From a virus: a stretch of 64,000 nt of DNA. A program made the translations under genes and the position numbers. Positions within the stretch are counted from its first letter, which is position 1. The number at the start of each line of letters is the position of its first letter. The stretch covers positions 5,894-69,893 of the IMG/VR virus record IMGVR_UViG_3300012211_000003, one strand, 5' to 3'. A model generated the notes under the pieces. That model did no database searches and had not been told where the DNA came from. It saw only the letters and a program-made list of their open reading frames with translations. Positions 63,234 through 64,000 of this stretch are shown in pieces.

Positions 63234-64000
63234 ATGTCAGCTAACGTTACCACAACTTCGATCACGCCGGCCTTACTGGAAGTGGTCGACCGAACGATCT
63301 ACGAATACGTAAACAAGACAGCCAATAGCTACACCCGATGGGGTGCCGGCCAAGGGAAAGACATCAACGCTCGCGGTGCATTTGTCGTCGGTGAATCATT
63401 GCCCAATCCAAGCTGGGGAGGTTTCGCAGAGGGTGGTTTGTACCCCGACCCCGGCGCTCAGACGCTCCAGAAGATGACGATTGCCTATCAACGGCAAGGT
63501 CAGACAAACAGACTGACCAAAGACGCGCTTCAATCGAAAGCCGGTCAGTTGTCCGAGACTCTTGCCCGAAATATTCAGTCGGACACCAATCAGTTTTTGA
63601 AACAATGCAACAGAATGATGTTCCAGAATGGCAACGGCGCCATTGGAATCGTTCTGACAATCTCAGGCGTGACGATCACGTTTGATGCTCCGTTCTACGG
63701 AACTCAATTCATCGTCGGCGGTGCCTATCAGGTTTACACAACTGCGGGTGTACTGCGCGGGGCACAGACTGAAGTCTACAAAGTGGTCTCGAAGTCTGGC
63801 GCGACCGTCACTTTCGATACCACGATAGCGACTTCTGGAACCGGTGGCGCGGTTGCCGCTGGTGACGTGGTTTGCTACAAGGCAACCTATGGACTGGAAG
63901 TCAACGGATTCCCATACCACATTAACAATTCGCTGACTGGTTCTTACCAGGGAATCACCAAGACCAGCTTGCCAGAGGGCTTTATCCCGGTCGCCGAGGA
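63234..64000 (+). CDS. Major capsid protein (HK97-fold), 3'-partial; not in the ORF track
   Basis: GGAGG SD; MSANVTTTS...GGFAEGGLYPDPG...NRMMFQNGNG; runs to the window end; follows the scaffold gene. Confidence 0.75.
   Translation, partial: MSANVTTTSITPALLEVVDRTIYEYVNKTANSYTRWGAGQGKDINARGAFVVGESLPNPSWGGFAEGGLYPDPGAQTLQKMTIAYQRQGQTNRLTKDALQSKAGQLSETLARNIQSDTNQFLKQCNRMMFQNGNGAIGIVLTISGVTITFDAPFYGTQFIVGGAYQVYTTAGVLRGAQTEVYKVVSKSGATVTFDTTIATSGTGGAVAAGDVVCYKATYGLEVNGFPYHINNSLTGSYQGITKTSLPEGFIPVAE

Noticed and set aside
1-64000. Stop-codon reassignment or a definite host assignment
   Set aside because: Genes are long and tightly coupled under the standard code, with TAA, TAG and TGA all used as stops. 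The host cannot be determined from the sequence by eye.

Overview
This window is most of a tailed dsDNA bacteriophage genome (Caudoviricetes, podovirus-like layout with no tape-measure gene), cut inside the head module. It opens in head-completion/tail genes and ends inside the major capsid gene. The gene order is as follows. (1) Tail, ejection and fibre genes, several with Sec signal peptides, plus an antisense dockerin gene (1-13 kb). (2) A 4406-aa DarB-like polyvalent protein containing a lytic transglycosylase, a GGDEF-like domain, an N6 MTase and a SNF2 helicase (13-26 kb). (3) A stand-alone structured RNA candidate. (4) Recombination and replication genes: an SMC-like ATPase, a PD-(D/E)XK nuclease, a putative SSAP, ASCH, RusA with an HNH insertion, an initiator with iterons and a D12-class MTase. 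(5) A lipoprotein / TM / receiver-domain block. (6) Small early genes, including a SET-domain protein, around two divergent HTH switches. (7) A TerS-like gene, a second initiator-like gene, TerL, portal, an antisense cassette, scaffold and MCP. No integrase, tRNA, CRISPR array, reverse transcriptase, DNA polymerase or clear endolysin was recognised. The most striking observation is that two apparently genuine small genes, each with its own Shine-Dalgarno and ATG, are overprinted in the +1 frame inside the linkers of the giant protein. One is TnpV-like and one is not in the supplied ORF track. Also notable are a probably virion-delivered SGDEF-type cyclase domain preceded by a GPDRR/DRR arginine repeat, a membrane-anchored orphan receiver domain, several ncRNA or pseudoknot candidates, and a homing endonuclease that brought a synonymously recoded rusA 3' end. 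All family assignments were made by eye from motifs. No searches were run.
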